Virus record (IMG/VR): IMGVR_UViG_3300033183_000402
Coordinates: 1 to 32,799 of that record
Reading direction: 5' to 3' (one strand)
Length of the DNA: 32,799 nt
From: a virus
Both the position numbers and the translations under genes were made by a program. The notes beneath the pieces are model-generated. The model made no database searches, was not told the DNA's origin, and saw only the letters and a program-made list of their open reading frames with translations. Shown one piece after another: positions 11,742 to 20,515 of this stretch (positions within the stretch are counted from its first letter, which is position 1; each line of letters begins with the position of its first letter).

Positions 11742-13150
11742 TGGCTGGCTTGTTTGGCCCTGCTCCAAAAGAGCCGTACTACGCCAAGCGAGTACGTGGC
11801 GAGGTGCCCAAAGGCTACCGGCAAGTCGCTGGTTTTTTGGCTGAGACGCCGGGCTTTGCTGGTGATGCGGTATCCGCGGCTGACCTAATCAGCGGCATCA
11901 AGGACAAAGATTGGCTCAAGGCGAGCTTGGCTGGTGTATCGCTGCTGCCGGGCATCCCCAACCTTGGCGGCATCATCATTGGCCGCAAAGCCAAAACCTT
12001 TGACGAGGGCGCTGCCAAGCAGTACTTGGAGAACAAGACCGCGGGTGCGCCAAAGGAAACCAACTGGGCGCTGACCGGTACGGGGCAGACGCCACTGGGT
12101 GATGTCGTGCAAGAAATTGACGACAGCGGCGCTTATCTCAAAAGCACCATTCCGGTGGTCGAGGAGCCAAAGGTCATTTACTCCCGCCTGGAAGACATGA
12201 CCAAGCGCAACGCGGATGGGTTGGACGAGGTTGCCTACAAGCAGACCCGAGATGAATACGCCCGCCAAATGGATAGGGCGGTACGGCTGGGGAACATCTT
12301 TGAGCACCCTGAGTTGTACAAGGCCTACCCCGAGATTGCTGACATGCGTGTCTCAGGACTGTATGAGACAACGGGTCGGTTGCGTGGTTCTCTTAGCCCG
12401 GGTGAAAACCGCATCCGCGTTAAGTCAAGCGCCGACCCTGACCAGCAGAGGTCAACTCTCTTGCATGAGATACAGCACGCTATTCAGTTCAAAGAGGGCT
12501 TTCCCTTGGGTGGTAACACCTCCCAGGCAGAGGCGGCAGTGGATGCTGCTATGCGACGCGATATGTCTGGCCCAACGCGTGAAAAGGCTGTTTACAACGC
12601 CATCGCTGCTGAGGTAGGGCAGGTTAACCGCGTGCGGTACGCCCGGCGACTTAAGGAACTCTCTACCTCCGAGACCATCACTCCGCGACGTATTTTCAAT
12701 CAGGCGGGATGGTACGAACACGGTGACAAGATTCGCCAAGAGTTGGGGCCGATGCCCAAGCGCTCGGGTGAGGAGCAAAAGCGCTGGCTGCGGGATGCCG
12801 CGGATAGGCTGTATCGCCACGAGGATGCCAAAGGCCGTTTTGACAGCCCGTACCACGATTTATCTGACCGTGACCTAGTAAACATGCTCCGCAGGCAAGA
12901 GCGCAAGCTGGACAAGCAGCAGCCCAAGCTTAAGGAGTTTTTTGACCAAGAGAACCGTTGGCGGCGCATCAACCAGTTAGGCCCGGGCGAGAAGTACCTG
13001 GCGCATGGTGGTGAGGCTGAGTCACGGCTGGTGCAGGCTCGCCGGGATTTGAACCCGGTCGAGCGCAAGGTTTACTACCCGTTTGGTGAGCGGGATGCGG
13101 GTTACCCGTACGCGTATGACATGTCGCCATCGCTTTTGTTTAGACCCTGA
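11741..13150 (+). CDS. Hypothetical protein with an HExxH zincin-type motif
   Basis: 469 aa. STLLHEIQHAIQFKEG is encoded at about 12464-12478. The rest is not recognised. It is translationally coupled to the DUF3008 gene and lies upstream of the terminase genes. Confidence 0.7.
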   Translation: MAGLFGPAPKEPYYAKRVRGEVPKGYRQVAGFLAETPGFAGDAVSAADLISGIKDKDWLKASLAGVSLLPGIPNLGGIIIGRKAKTFDEGAAKQYLENKTAGAPKETNWALTGTGQTPLGDVVQEIDDSGAYLKSTIPVVEEPKVIYSRLEDMTKRNADGLDEVAYKQTRDEYARQMDRAVRLGNIFEHPELYKAYPEIADMRVSGLYETTGRLRGSLSPGENRIRVKSSADPDQQRSTLLHEIQHAIQFKEGFPLGGNTSQAEAAVDAAMRRDMSGPTREKAVYNAIAAEVGQVNRVRYARRLKELSTSETITPRRIFNQAGWYEHGDKIRQELGPMPKRSGEEQKRWLRDAADRLYRHEDAKGRFDSPYHDLSDRDLVNMLRRQERKLDKQQPKLKEFFDQENRWRRINQLGPGEKYLAHGGEAESRLVQARRDLNPVERKVYYPFGERDAGYPYAYDMSPSLLFRP

Positions 13151-13186
13151 GGCCGACGGCCTCCCTTGCGGAGAGTCGGGAAAACT

Positions 13187-13483
13187 ATGGACGATTCCAC
13201 AAAAATAGAGAGAAATAGAGCGGCTGGCAAGCCTCCCCGTGCTGGGATGGGCAGGCCAAAGGGTTGCTCTAACAAGAAGACACAGGCTGCCAAAGACGCC
13301 ATTGCAGACGCTGCACTGGCTTTGGGTGGCACCAAACGGCTGGTCGAGTGGGCCAAGTCCGACCCGAACAATGAGCGGGTGTTTTGGGGCACGATTTACC
13401 CCAAGCTGCTGCCTCTGCAGGTCGGTGGTGATGCTGGCAACCCGATTGAGCACATGGTTGTTGCATGGGCAAGCGAGAGCTAG
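13187..13483 (+). CDS. Putative small terminase subunit / DNA-binding packaging protein
   Basis: The track ORF starts at TTG 13166. I prefer the ATG at 13187. 98 aa. The basic N-terminus GRPKGCSNKKTQ is typical of terS-like/DUF5681 proteins. It lies upstream of terL. Confidence 0.45.
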   Translation: MDDSTKIERNRAAGKPPRAGMGRPKGCSNKKTQAAKDAIADAALALGGTKRLVEWAKSDPNNERVFWGTIYPKLLPLQVGGDAGNPIEHMVVAWASES

Positions 13484-13526
13484 TTAATTCAAACACTCTG
13501 GGCACGTTTGAGGCACGTTGGGTTAA

Positions 13527-13916
13527 TTAGCGGCGCGCCTCGGGGAGTTGCTTCCATAAATCGATGAGAGTTCCCACAACCGTATTTTGGGGGGAAGCGG
13601 TGCAGCGTTTTTTGATTTCCCAGTAAAAGCTGTCGTAGTCGGGGAGTGCCTTTGCGCTCACAGGACGGTTGTTATCCATTTGGGCGGATGCAGTCCCAAG
13701 GTTAAGCCCGCTCAAAAAAGAAGAGAAGGCAACATTCCAAGTTCGTATCCATTGTTTGTTGTCTTTTACTTCCGAGGAGTCTGTTAAAAAGCTGCCGCAG
13801 GAGGCTGTAACGAGTCCCTTCATAACAGAGTCCTCTTTCGCATGGGGTTGACCCATTGCGCCAATCACTAGAGTCAAGGCCAGGGCCAATCGATAGGCTA
13901 TTTGACGAAACAACAT
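13527..13916 (-). CDS. Exported hypothetical protein (Sec signal peptide), antisense moron between terS and terL
   Basis: The track start is GTG 13922. I prefer the ATG at 13916 because GGAGG lies 5 nt upstream. 129 aa. N-terminus MLFRQIAYRLALALTLVIGAMGQPHA|KED. Two Cys in the mature part. The DNA is visibly more AT-rich than the flanks. Confidence 0.75.
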   Translation of the reverse strand: MLFRQIAYRLALALTLVIGAMGQPHAKEDSVMKGLVTASCGSFLTDSSEVKDNKQWIRTWNVAFSSFLSGLNLGTASAQMDNNRPVSAKALPDYDSFYWEIKKRCTASPQNTVVGTLIDLWKQLPEARR

Positions 13917-13927
13917 GAGCACCTCCT

Positions 13928-15199
13928 ATGGGAAAACGTGAGTTGATTATCCCCTACTCGCCTCGGGCGCAGCAGTTAGAGATTCATGGTGCGATGGCTG
14001 ATGCCCGCTTTGGGGTAGTGGTGGCGCATCGGCGGCTGGGTAAGACGGTCGCTGCCATCAACCACATCATCAGGAAGGCGGTTGAGTGCCAAAAGGAGGC
14101 ACCGCGTTACGCCTACATCGCCCCGACGTACACCCAAGCCAAGCGGATTGCTTGGGACTACCTGGTCAAGTACACCGAGGTGCTGGAGGCCAAGCAGAAC
14201 ATCACCGAGTTGCGGGTGGACTTTTGGAATCGGCGCATCCAGTTGGCGGGGTCAGACAACCCTGACTCGCTGAGGGGTCAGTACTTTGATGGCGTCATCT
14301 TGGACGAGTGGGCTGACCAAAACCCGCGCTTGTGGTCTGAAATCATCCGCCCGGCACTGGCTGACCGCCATGGGTGGGCGTTGTTTCTAGGTACACCCAA
14401 GGGTGCCAACCACTTTAAGGACATTCGCGACCGCGCTGAGGTCGAGGACGGGTGGAAGCTGCTGGAGTTCAAAGCCAGCGAGACAGGTATCTTGGCATCC
14501 GATGAGTTGGCTCAAGCCCGCCGCGAGATGGGCGAGGAGAAATACCTCCAGGAGTTTGAATGTTCGTTTACCGCTGCGGTGGAGGGTTCGTACTATGGAA
14601 GTGTCCTTAACGACCTTGATGGACGCGGGCGGCTGGTTGATATTTCTCGCGATGATTTATGCAAGACATTTACTGCGTGGGATTTAGGGGTTGGCGATAG
14701 CACAGCCATTTGGGTGGCTCAGGTAACCGGGCAAGAGGTCAGGCTCATCGACTTTGTGGAGAACCACGGGGTGGGGCTTGATTGGTACGTGAATTGGCTG
14801 CGCGAGCGCAAGTGGCACACCGCCGAGCACATCCTGCCTCATGACGTTCAGGTCAGAGAGTTGACCACGGGCAAGAGCCGAAAAGAGGTACTCGAGGATG
14901 CGGGGCTGTCTATCACGGTGGCACCAAGGCTGACGATTGACGATGGCATCCAAGCGGTGCGCCGGATGTTGCCGAGGTGCTGGTTCAACATGCCAACAGT
15001 CAGGCAGGGGTATGACGCCTTGGCTAACTACCGCCGTGAGTACGACGACAAGCGCAACGTGTTTTACGACAAGCCCCTGCACGACTGGGCCAGCCACGCG
15101 TCTGACGCGTTTCGGTACTTGGCCACGGGTATGCAGGACAAGACAACGGCAAGCGACTGGTCAAAGCCGCTGGCGGTCAATACCTCGTGGGTGGTGTAG
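13928..15199 (+). CDS. terL: Terminase large subunit
   Basis: 423 aa. Walker A-like AHRRLGKT, Walker B-like GVILDEW, and a C-terminal nuclease region with AWDLGVGDSTAIWV. Confidence 0.9.
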   Translation: MGKRELIIPYSPRAQQLEIHGAMADARFGVVVAHRRLGKTVAAINHIIRKAVECQKEAPRYAYIAPTYTQAKRIAWDYLVKYTEVLEAKQNITELRVDFWNRRIQLAGSDNPDSLRGQYFDGVILDEWADQNPRLWSEIIRPALADRHGWALFLGTPKGANHFKDIRDRAEVEDGWKLLEFKASETGILASDELAQARREMGEEKYLQEFECSFTAAVEGSYYGSVLNDLDGRGRLVDISRDDLCKTFTAWDLGVGDSTAIWVAQVTGQEVRLIDFVENHGVGLDWYVNWLRERKWHTAEHILPHDVQVRELTTGKSRKEVLEDAGLSITVAPRLTIDDGIQAVRRMLPRCWFNMPTVRQGYDALANYRREYDDKRNVFYDKPLHDWASHASDAFRYLATGMQDKTTASDWSKPLAVNTSWVV

Positions 15200-15292
15200 T
15201 GGTCTGGGTAGCGAAACAAGGCAATCTGCCGCTGCAGGTCGAACTCCTAGAAAAGCGAGTCGCCGAGCTCGAGGCAATGGTGAGGGCACTCA

Positions 15293-17317
15293 ATGAACGA
15301 ACCAAAACTAAAGGCGCTTCTGGAAAGCGAAATCGAGGCGTCGATTGGGTACGTCCAGTCGGAGACGACCGACCAGAGGCAGGAGGCGCTTGATTTCTAC
15401 CTGCGTCAGCCCTATGGCAACGAGGTAGAGGGCAGGAGCCAAATCGTCACGGGCGAGGTGGCCGAGGTAGTAGACGCCGCCTTACCCCAGTTGCTGCGTA
15501 TCTTTACCGCTGGCGACGATGTGGTGAACTTTGAGCCGGTAGCGCCTGGTGATGAGCCGTTGGCTAAACAGGCCACGGACTACTGCAACTGGATTTTCTA
15601 CCGCGACAACCCTGGCTTTCAAATCCTGCACCACTGGTTCAAAGACGCGCTCATCTCCAAGGTGGGGATTGTTAAGGCGTGCTACGACTACGTGACCGAC
15701 ACCACGGTTGAGACCTACCAAAACCTCACGGGCGAGGAGTTGGCGCTTCTGTTGGCGGATGAGTCCATTGAGGTGGTATCCCAAGACGCCACGATGGTTG
15801 AGCAGACCGACCCGATGGGCAACGTCATACAGATGGAGTCCTACGACGTTGCGGTACGCAAGAAGCGGGTCACTGGGCGGGTACAGATTGAGAACGTGCC
15901 GCCCGAGGAGTTTCTTATATCCAAGCGGGCACGCACCATAGAGGACTCACCCTTTGTGGCGCACCGCAAGTTGGTGTCGCGCAGCGACTTGGTAGCAATG
16001 GGGTACGACGCCACGGTGGTCGCCAACCTAGCCACCTATGACTCGCTCAGCTTTACGCCCGAGAGAACGGCACGCTTTAGCCAAGGCGAGCAGCCCCATG
16101 AAGCCCAGTCTTACGACTCGGTGATGCAGGAGGTTGAGGTCTTTGAGTGCTATGTGCGGGCCGATGTGAACGACGACGGGGTAGCCGAGTTGCTACGGGT
16201 GGTCTACGCGTCCAATGAGGTGCTGGACGCGCAGGAGTACGACCACGTGCCGTTTCACGCCTTGTGCCCGATACCCATCCCGCACAAGTTCTATGGGCAG
16301 TCGCTGGCCGAGCGGGCAATGGATATCCAGCTACAGAAGTCCACCATTACCCGCCAGATGCTGGACAACCTTTACCTGACCAACAACGCCCGGGTAGGAG
16401 CGGTAGAGGGGCAAGTCAACCTAGATGATTTGCTCTCAAGCACGCCTGGTGGGGTTGTACGGATGAAGAACCCCAACGCGGTGGTGCCGCTACAGGTGGC
16501 TCCAGTAGCCCAGCAGGCGTTCCCCATGTTGGAGTACCTTGACCAAGTGCAAACCAAGCGCACGGGCGTAAGTGAGGCGATGGGGCTAGACCCCAACATC
16601 TTGCAAAACGTAACTGCCACGGCGATTGCCAGCTTCCAAAACGCCAGCGGCTCAAAACTGGAGTTGATTGCTCGCATCTTTGCCGAGACGGGAGTCAAAA
16701 GCCTGTTTAGGGGCATCCTGCAACTGGTGTGCAAGTACCAAGACAAGCCGCGCATTATTCGGCTGCGCGACCAGTACGTGCCCATGGACGCCCGTATGTG
16801 GTCGAACCAGTACGACGTGCAGATATCGGTAGGCTTGGGTACGGGTAGCCGCCAAGAGCAGTTGGCGATGCTATCCATGATTTTGGATAAGCAAGAGCGC
16901 ACCCTAGCTCAGCAAGGCCCGGCAAACCCACTGGTATCTCTTGGGCAGTACCGCAAGACGTTGGGCCGGTTGATTGAGGCCGCAGGGTTTAAGGACTCCG
17001 CTGCGTTCTTTAAGCCCATCACTCCGCAGCAAGACCAAATGTTGTCGAACCTGCCACCGCAGCAGCCGCAGCCTGACCCGCAGTTGCAGATGATGATGGC
17101 GCAGGCACAGGCACAGATGGAAATTGATAAGGCGCGGCTAGCGGCTGAGATACAGGCCAAGCGCGAGAAAGCTGAGGCTGACATTCGCCTTGAGCGCGAG
17201 AAGATGCAGGCTCAGATGGAACTCAAACGCGCCGAGTTTGAGGCTGAGGTGCAGTTAAAGGCTGCGCAGGTCGGCGCTGGCATCGCCAACAACATCGAGA
17301 TACCCGGCAATGGCTAA
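15293..17317 (+). CDS. Portal protein
   Basis: 674 aa, directly after terL. N-terminus QRQEALDFYLRQPYGNEVEGRSQIVTGEVAEVVDAALPQLLRIF is portal-like. The C-terminus is a long Gln/Ala/Glu coiled coil. GAGG RBS. Confidence 0.85.
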   Translation: MNEPKLKALLESEIEASIGYVQSETTDQRQEALDFYLRQPYGNEVEGRSQIVTGEVAEVVDAALPQLLRIFTAGDDVVNFEPVAPGDEPLAKQATDYCNWIFYRDNPGFQILHHWFKDALISKVGIVKACYDYVTDTTVETYQNLTGEELALLLADESIEVVSQDATMVEQTDPMGNVIQMESYDVAVRKKRVTGRVQIENVPPEEFLISKRARTIEDSPFVAHRKLVSRSDLVAMGYDATVVANLATYDSLSFTPERTARFSQGEQPHEAQSYDSVMQEVEVFECYVRADVNDDGVAELLRVVYASNEVLDAQEYDHVPFHALCPIPIPHKFYGQSLAERAMDIQLQKSTITRQMLDNLYLTNNARVGAVEGQVNLDDLLSSTPGGVVRMKNPNAVVPLQVAPVAQQAFPMLEYLDQVQTKRTGVSEAMGLDPNILQNVTATAIASFQNASGSKLELIARIFAETGVKSLFRGILQLVCKYQDKPRIIRLRDQYVPMDARMWSNQYDVQISVGLGTGSRQEQLAMLSMILDKQERTLAQQGPANPLVSLGQYRKTLGRLIEAAGFKDSAAFFKPITPQQDQMLSNLPPQQPQPDPQLQMMMAQAQAQMEIDKARLAAEIQAKREKAEADIRLEREKMQAQMELKRAEFEAEVQLKAAQVGAGIANNIEIPGNG

Positions 17318-17936
17318 TATGTACGAGGAAATGGTGCGCCTTACCGCGCCCGACCAATTAAGTCTGCTTAACCTGTTCCAGCCCGGCGTGCGGCAGTACT
17401 TGGGAGATGCACAGTCGCCAAGCCTGCTGAACTTTCAGCCGCCGCAGCGTGTGCCTGCCTCGATGCCTTACCTGCCTCTAATTGAGTCGCAAGCGGCAAC
17501 CGAGGAGGTCAAGCAAGAGCCCGAGACGCTGACGGTCGATACGGGTGGGGCTGAAATGGGTCAAAGTATTCACCCAGCGGTACTGGCGTTCTTGGATAAC
17601 GAGGCGAATACGCCCGGTGCGCGTGATGCCCGGATGGGCGCAATCAACAACGCGCTGATGACGCGCATGGCTGCAATGGGACTACTGGGAGACAAAGCCA
17701 CCAACGCTCTGTCGCTGGTGATTGGCTCAATCCTCAATGGCTTGTCGCCTAACGGCGGCGTACAGGACGGCAGGAATGTCCCGGTCGTGGACATGATGCC
17801 GACAAGCTACGCGCCCAACTCGTTGGCCGAGGGCGTTGGCGGCGGTTACTCGGTCGGCACACCCGACGGGTATGGAGCGATTGGTGCGCAGGGCGCAGAC
17901 CCGGATAGTGGCAGCTTTGGAATCAGCGTCATATAA
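17310..17936 (+). CDS. Hypothetical head-module protein
   Basis: 208 aa. It overlaps the portal stop by 8 nt. No family recognised. Confidence 0.6.
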   Translation: MANMYEEMVRLTAPDQLSLLNLFQPGVRQYLGDAQSPSLLNFQPPQRVPASMPYLPLIESQAATEEVKQEPETLTVDTGGAEMGQSIHPAVLAFLDNEANTPGARDARMGAINNALMTRMAAMGLLGDKATNALSLVIGSILNGLSPNGGVQDGRNVPVVDMMPTSYAPNSLAEGVGGGYSVGTPDGYGAIGAQGADPDSGSFGISVI

Positions 17937-18162
17937 CCGCACCGAGCAAGCCAAGCGCTTGGTTGAGGATGACTTTTGGCGCAACGAGGTACGCGGCCTG
18001 ATTGAAGACCAAATGGAGTTGATTGCCAACTCCAGCTACGACGACCACGAGGGCAGGGAGCGGGCGTATATCCGGCTTCGTGCCATACAAGAGTTACAGG
18101 CGCACTTTGAGTCGTTAGCGGCCAGTGACGTCATAGCCAAAAAGAGGCTAAAGATTCTTTGA
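17872..18162 (+). CDS. Hypothetical small head-module protein (start uncertain)
   Basis: The track ORF is 17836-18162 with a TTG start. In-frame alternatives are ATG 17872, GTG 17908 and TTG 17917, and none has a clear RBS. The helical C-terminal part RLRAIQELQAHFESLAASDV looks genuine. Confidence 0.45.
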   Translation: MERLVRRAQTRIVAALESASYNRTEQAKRLVEDDFWRNEVRGLIEDQMELIANSSYDDHEGRERAYIRLRAIQELQAHFESLAASDVIAKKRLKIL

Positions 18163-18186
18163 TTTGCGGTGTAGCCGCAGACCGTC

Positions 18187-18212
18187 GCCCACCCGGTTAG
18201 GTGGGCTTTTTT
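18187..18212 (+). terminator. Strong rho-independent terminator inside the late operon
   Basis: GCCCACC (18187-18193), loop CGGTTA, GGTGGGC (18200-18206), then TTTTTT (18207-18212). Confidence 0.8.
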
Positions 18213-18228
18213 ATTGGAGCGACCCGAC

Positions 18229-19209
18229 ATGAGCGATACCAACACGGCCCCTGAATCAGGGAGTGCCTCGCTTGATGTGACCTCAGCAGCGGCTGGTTTT
18301 TTGGACATGATGACTGAACTGGAGGACTCTCAGCCCGAGAGCACGCCCGAGGCTCAGGAAGAAGCCCAAGAAATCGAGTTGACCGCGGATGACATTGAGG
18401 ATGAAACGCCTCAAGCCGAGGACGATGAGTCCGCCGACACGCCCGAACCGCAGACATTCCGAGTGAAAGCGTCTGGGGAGGAGGTAGATGTCACGCTGGA
18501 CGAATTAATCAACGGCTATCAACGCGGTGCTGACTACACCAAACGGTCGCAAGCCCTTGCCGAGGAACGCAAAGCCGTACAGGCCGAGCGGGCCGCGATT
18601 GAAGAAGCCCGGGCGCTGCGTGATACGTACATCCAGCGACTCGATGCCATGAATCAAGCTCTTAGCGAGCGCGAGGTAACGGACGAGCAACTTGAGGCTC
18701 TCAAGGACTCCGACGAGGTTGGGTATATGCGTGCGCTACTTGAGCGCCAGCAGCTTAGGGACAAACGGCACCAAATTCAGGCTGAACGCGACCGTACCGC
18801 CGAGAGGCAGGTACAGGAGCAGCAGCAGGAGTTGAAGGCCTACGTCGCCAAAGAGGCTGAGTCAATCAAGAGGTCCATGCCTGCCTACTTCGACGATGCA
18901 CGTGGCCCGGAGATGCGAAAGCAGATGTGGGAATACGCGCTTGAGTTGGGTGCGCCAGAGGAGCGTCTTAATTCCATTTACGACGCTTGGCAAATCCAAA
19001 TGCTATGGGATGCGTCCCAGTACCGACGGCTACTCAAAAACAAGCAGTCGGCAGTCAAGCAAACCAAAGAGGCGCCAAAGATGCTCAAGTCCGGCGCGTC
19101 AGGTCAGAGGGCAAACCTCGCTGACGAGCAAGTCAAGCGTGCGCGTAGCCAGCTAAAGAAGACCGGCAAGGTCTCTGATGCGGCAGCGCTTTTTGAGCAA
19201 TTCTTATGA
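18229..19209 (+). CDS. Scaffolding protein (putative)
   Basis: The track starts at TTG 18214. I prefer the ATG at 18229, with GGAG upstream. 326 aa with an acidic N-terminus and a long charged coiled coil. It lies immediately upstream of the major capsid gene. Confidence 0.65.
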   Translation: MSDTNTAPESGSASLDVTSAAAGFLDMMTELEDSQPESTPEAQEEAQEIELTADDIEDETPQAEDDESADTPEPQTFRVKASGEEVDVTLDELINGYQRGADYTKRSQALAEERKAVQAERAAIEEARALRDTYIQRLDAMNQALSEREVTDEQLEALKDSDEVGYMRALLERQQLRDKRHQIQAERDRTAERQVQEQQQELKAYVAKEAESIKRSMPAYFDDARGPEMRKQMWEYALELGAPEERLNSIYDAWQIQMLWDASQYRRLLKNKQSAVKQTKEAPKMLKSGASGQRANLADEQVKRARSQLKKTGKVSDAAALFEQFL

Positions 19210-19220
19210 GGTAACTAATC

Positions 19221-20156
19221 ATGGCAACATTTACTGCCCACTCCGCCGTCGGCCAGCGCGAGGATTTGAGTGACTTGATTTACTCGATTTCGCCTACCGA
19301 CACCCCTTTTATGTCGTCCATCGGCAAAACCAAGGCAACCGCTGCCTATCACGAATGGCAGACTGATAGCCTCGCCGCAGTCAACACCAGCAACGCCGCC
19401 GTTGAGGGCGCTGACGCTTCGTCGGCTACTCTTGCACCGACCACTCGCGTTGGCAACCGCTGTCAAATCAGCCAAAAGACCATTCAAATCTCAGGCACCT
19501 TGGAAGCGGTAGACAAGGCCGGACGTAAGTCTGAGAAGGCTCGCGAACTTGCCAAAGCCTCCGCCGAGATTAAGCGCGATATGGAAGCCATCATGACGTC
19601 CAACCAAGTCGCTGCCGCTGGTAGCTCCTCGACTGCCCGTAAACTAGGTGCGTTGCAGGCTTGGCTAGCCACCAACGGTGACTTTGGCACGTCCGGTGTG
19701 GCTGGTGCTAGCGGTACCACCGCTCGTACCGACGGGACTAACCGCACCTTTACTGAAGACATCCTTAAGACAGTTGTTCGGGAGGTTTATCAGTCGGGTG
19801 GCAACCCCAAGGTGTTGATGGTGACCCCTGCACACAAGCAGACGGTTTCCACGTTTGCCGGTATCGCGGCGCAGCGCTACATGGCACCCAGCGACTCAGC
19901 AACCACAATTGTGGGTGCCGCTGACGTGTACCTGAGCGACTTTGGCACGATGTCTGTAGTCCCGAACCGCTTGCTGCAGTCCAGCGACACCGCGTTTGTC
20001 CTCGACCCCGAGTACGCCGCCGTTGCCTACCTGCGCCCGTTCCAAACCAAGGAACTGGCAAAGACCGGTGATTCGGACAAAACGCAATTGACCGTCGAAT
20101 ACACACTGGAAGTCCGCAACGAAGCCGCTCACGGCATCATCGCTGACTTGTCGTAA
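19221..20156 (+). CDS. Major capsid protein, SU10/DUF5309-type
   Basis: 311 aa. GQREDLSDLIYSISPTDTPFMSSIGKTKATAAYHEWQTDSLA is the hallmark N-terminal pattern of this capsid family. Confidence 0.85.
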   Translation: MATFTAHSAVGQREDLSDLIYSISPTDTPFMSSIGKTKATAAYHEWQTDSLAAVNTSNAAVEGADASSATLAPTTRVGNRCQISQKTIQISGTLEAVDKAGRKSEKARELAKASAEIKRDMEAIMTSNQVAAAGSSSTARKLGALQAWLATNGDFGTSGVAGASGTTARTDGTNRTFTEDILKTVVREVYQSGGNPKVLMVTPAHKQTVSTFAGIAAQRYMAPSDSATTIVGAADVYLSDFGTMSVVPNRLLQSSDTAFVLDPEYAAVAYLRPFQTKELAKTGDSDKTQLTVEYTLEVRNEAAHGIIADLS

Positions 20157-20186
20157 ACGACGGCATTAGCCTGTAAGGGGAGGGGT

Positions 20187-20208
20187 GGAGACACCTCTCC
20201 CTTTTTTT
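20187..20208 (+). terminator. Weak terminator-like hairpin after the capsid gene
   Basis: GGAGA-CACC-TCTCC followed by CTTTTTTT. The stem is only 5 bp. Confidence 0.35.
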
Positions 20209-20212
20209 GCGC

Positions 20213-20515
20213 ATGAAATTTAGAACCACGACCGCACACGCGGACGGCGAGGGTGGCCTGGTCATCGAGACCAAGCAAGACGTCACCGACATCGTCGAGT
20301 CCAACCGCAAGCACTACAACGCGTACGACGAGCGCGCACGCTGGAGTGACGAGCTCTTTGGCAACCGTATCGCGTCCATCCCGCTGACCGTGATTGACGA
20401 CCTCAACCACAAGGGAATCATGCGCGGGTTTGCCGTCGTCGACCAGGCCAAGTTCAAGGCCTGGCTCAATGAGCCCGACAACCGGGCATTTCGCACCCGC
20501 CCTGGGAGGGTCTAA
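20213..20515 (+). CDS. Hypothetical virion-module protein
   Basis: The track starts at TTG 20207. The ATG at 20213 gives 100 aa. No RBS is evident. Confidence 0.55.
   Translation: MKFRTTTAHADGEGGLVIETKQDVTDIVESNRKHYNAYDERARWSDELFGNRIASIPLTVIDDLNHKGIMRGFAVVDQAKFKAWLNEPDNRAFRTRPGRV

Noticed and set aside
15187-15393. 68-aa ORF with a leucine-zipper-like start (LPLQVELLEKRVAELEAMVRALNE) bridging the terL stop and the portal start
   Set aside because: It needs a GTG start inside terL. It also overlaps the portal gene by 100 nt, where its sequence becomes Arg/Gly-rich noise. The portal has its own GAGG RBS and a conserved-looking N-terminus. The region 15200-15292 is more simply an intergenic spacer. 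A short genuine peptide cannot be fully excluded.
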